A stretch of DNA of 64,000 nt, taken from NCBI GenBank assembly GCA_963836075.1, contig CAWIIB010000001.1, positions 2,080,001-2,144,000 of the forward strand. Direction: 5' to 3'. Of this stretch, positions 62,598 to 64,000 are shown in pieces. The translations under genes and the position numbers were made by a program. Position 1 is the first letter of the stretch; each line of letters opens with the position of its first letter. The notes under the pieces are model-generated. The model did no database searches. It saw nothing but the letters and a program-made list of their open reading frames with translations, and was not told the origin of the DNA. This DNA is from an uncultured Acidobacteriota bacterium (GTDB lineage Bacteria > Acidobacteriota > JAQAZP01).

Positions 62598-64000
62598 ATG
62601 TGGATTTCTCCCCCGCGGCCCCACCCTGCCGGAAACCGGTTCCATCTTAGTCTACCAGCCGTCATGCTGGTGGTTCTGCTGGGCAGCTCCTCGCCCCTGC
62701 CGGCCGCCGAACCAACAGAAAGCTCAATGGCTGAACGGACAGAGCCGGCCTGGCCCGAGTTTATGAACCGGCCGCGGCACCCGGCCCCGAACCTTCGGCC
62801 GGACTTGCTCCCTTCACGTGTGGACGGCGACTGGCAGGCGATCATCGACGCCACCTGGGGACCGGGAGATCCCGTCGAGCAGATGGAAGTTTTCACCCTC
62901 TGGCGCAACACCCTTGACCACAACTTTTCCTGCTACAGCAATCATGATGTGGACATCGCCGCGCTCTGCAATCCCCTGTGGGATGAAATCTATCCCGACG
63001 GGGTGAGCCGGGGGCGATTTCAGGCCATTCTGCAGAAGATCTCCCGGGCACACCAGAACAGCCACAGTATTTGTATCGATATCGGCGTCCACGGCACAAA
63101 GCCCGAACCCGGCGTGCCCACACTCGTCATCCCCTCGGGCATTCACACCACTTTCGGAGCGTCCCTGACCGTGCACGAAGACGGCATCTTCGTTTACAAC
63201 GTCGTGCCCGATCATCCACTCGACCTGGAACTGGGGGACGTCATCCTGGGTTATGACGGTGTGCCGTGGGAGGATCTGTACCCTCAATTGCTTGAGGCCG
63301 GCCTCCCGGTGAACGGCCTCTGGGGCACCTCGGATGCGGCATATGCACACCACTGGCTCAAGGCCGCGGGACAGAACTGGCACCTCTTCGATACCATCGA
63401 CATTCGCAAATACGGCAGCGGGGATATTCAGCACCTTCCCACCAGCCTGCTGGTGGATCCGGGGATGAGCATGGTCAGCCTCGGTTTCGAAAATCTCGAC
63501 CTGGGTTTCTCCATCCCGTGGGCGCCGGACTGGACGGTCCGGGGCGTGCTGGAACGAGGAAAATTGAGGGTCGGTTACATCTTCGTTCTCTCCTGGGCGG
63601 ACAACGTCGAGGCCGCTTTCCGAGACGCCTGTGCCGCCATGATGGACGACCCCGACCTGGACGGCTTGATCATCGATTTCCGCACCGTCTGGGGCGGGAA
63701 CATGTATCTGAGCAACGATGGCCTGAGCCTGCTGTTTAACCAGGACGTCCTCACCGTAGATTTCGCTACACGCTCCGATCCCGACGACCACCTGGCCATG
63801 GAACCGGACGGTCACCCTGGAATCTACAGGATTCATGGTGATCCCGGCTCCTACTTCAATAAGCCGATCGCCGTTCTCACGGGGCCCGGCGCGGCCAGTT
63901 CAGGAGACCAGGTGGCCCTGCGGATGACCTACCACCCGATGGTTCGCACGTTCGGCAAGCCCACCAGCGCCACATTTGACAGTCCGGTGATGATGGACAT
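62598..64000 (+). CDS. Secreted S41 family peptidase, 3' truncated (absent from the ORF track)
   Basis: AGGAGG RBS; open to the window end; PDZ-like LELGDVILGYDG, GLIIDFR...GG, KPIAVLTG...ASSGD. Confidence 0.82.
   Translation, partial: MWISPPRPHPAGNRFHLSLPAVMLVVLLGSSSPLPAAEPTESSMAERTEPAWPEFMNRPRHPAPNLRPDLLPSRVDGDWQAIIDATWGPGDPVEQMEVFTLWRNTLDHNFSCYSNHDVDIAALCNPLWDEIYPDGVSRGRFQAILQKISRAHQNSHSICIDIGVHGTKPEPGVPTLVIPSGIHTTFGASLTVHEDGIFVYNVVPDHPLDLELGDVILGYDGVPWEDLYPQLLEAGLPVNGLWGTSDAAYAHHWLKAAGQNWHLFDTIDIRKYGSGDIQHLPTSLLVDPGMSMVSLGFENLDLGFSIPWAPDWTVRGVLERGKLRVGYIFVLSWADNVEAAFRDACAAMMDDPDLDGLIIDFRTVWGGNMYLSNDGLSLLFNQDVLTVDFATRSDPDDHLAMEPDGHPGIYRIHGDPGSYFNKPIAVLTGPGAASSGDQVALRMTYHPMVRTFGKPTSATFDSPVMMD

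Noticed and set aside
62814-63836. 340-aa minus-strand ORF from the track
   Set aside because: Antisense shadow of the plus-strand S41 peptidase that runs off the window.

Overview
High-GC bacterial chromosomal window. The gene families suggest Acidobacteriota or a related lineage (inference only). From left to right it holds: a partial hybrid histidine kinase; TatD; a TonB-C protein; a Tat-exported C45 peptidase; a BlaI/BlaR1-like pair divergent from an ECF sigma/anti-sigma/TonB-C operon; three tandem secreted S8 proteases; a dispersed surface-glycan region (GT4/GT2 glycosyltransferases, rfbA/C/B, a priming sugar transferase, sulfatase-like lipoproteins); FetAB-like ABC genes; yebC-ruvCAB-queA; a secreted beta-propeller protein; a Kef-like antiporter; AbgT; and a truncated S41 peptidase. 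No rRNA, tRNA, CRISPR array or mobile element was seen. Three observations stand out. (1) All five frameshifts I found are single-base insertions at the DNA hexamer CAGTAC, not always in the same codon phase, most simply explained as sequencing errors at a modified DNA motif rather than real pseudogenes. (2) The same ~330-aa six-repeat 'GAGPG..FGPHVRGWNVDGG..YGVNVACGDxDGDG' module ends four secreted proteins with two unrelated passenger types, a candidate portable sorting or anchoring domain. (3) The duplicated protease leaders keep a hairpin with a compensatory base-pair change.
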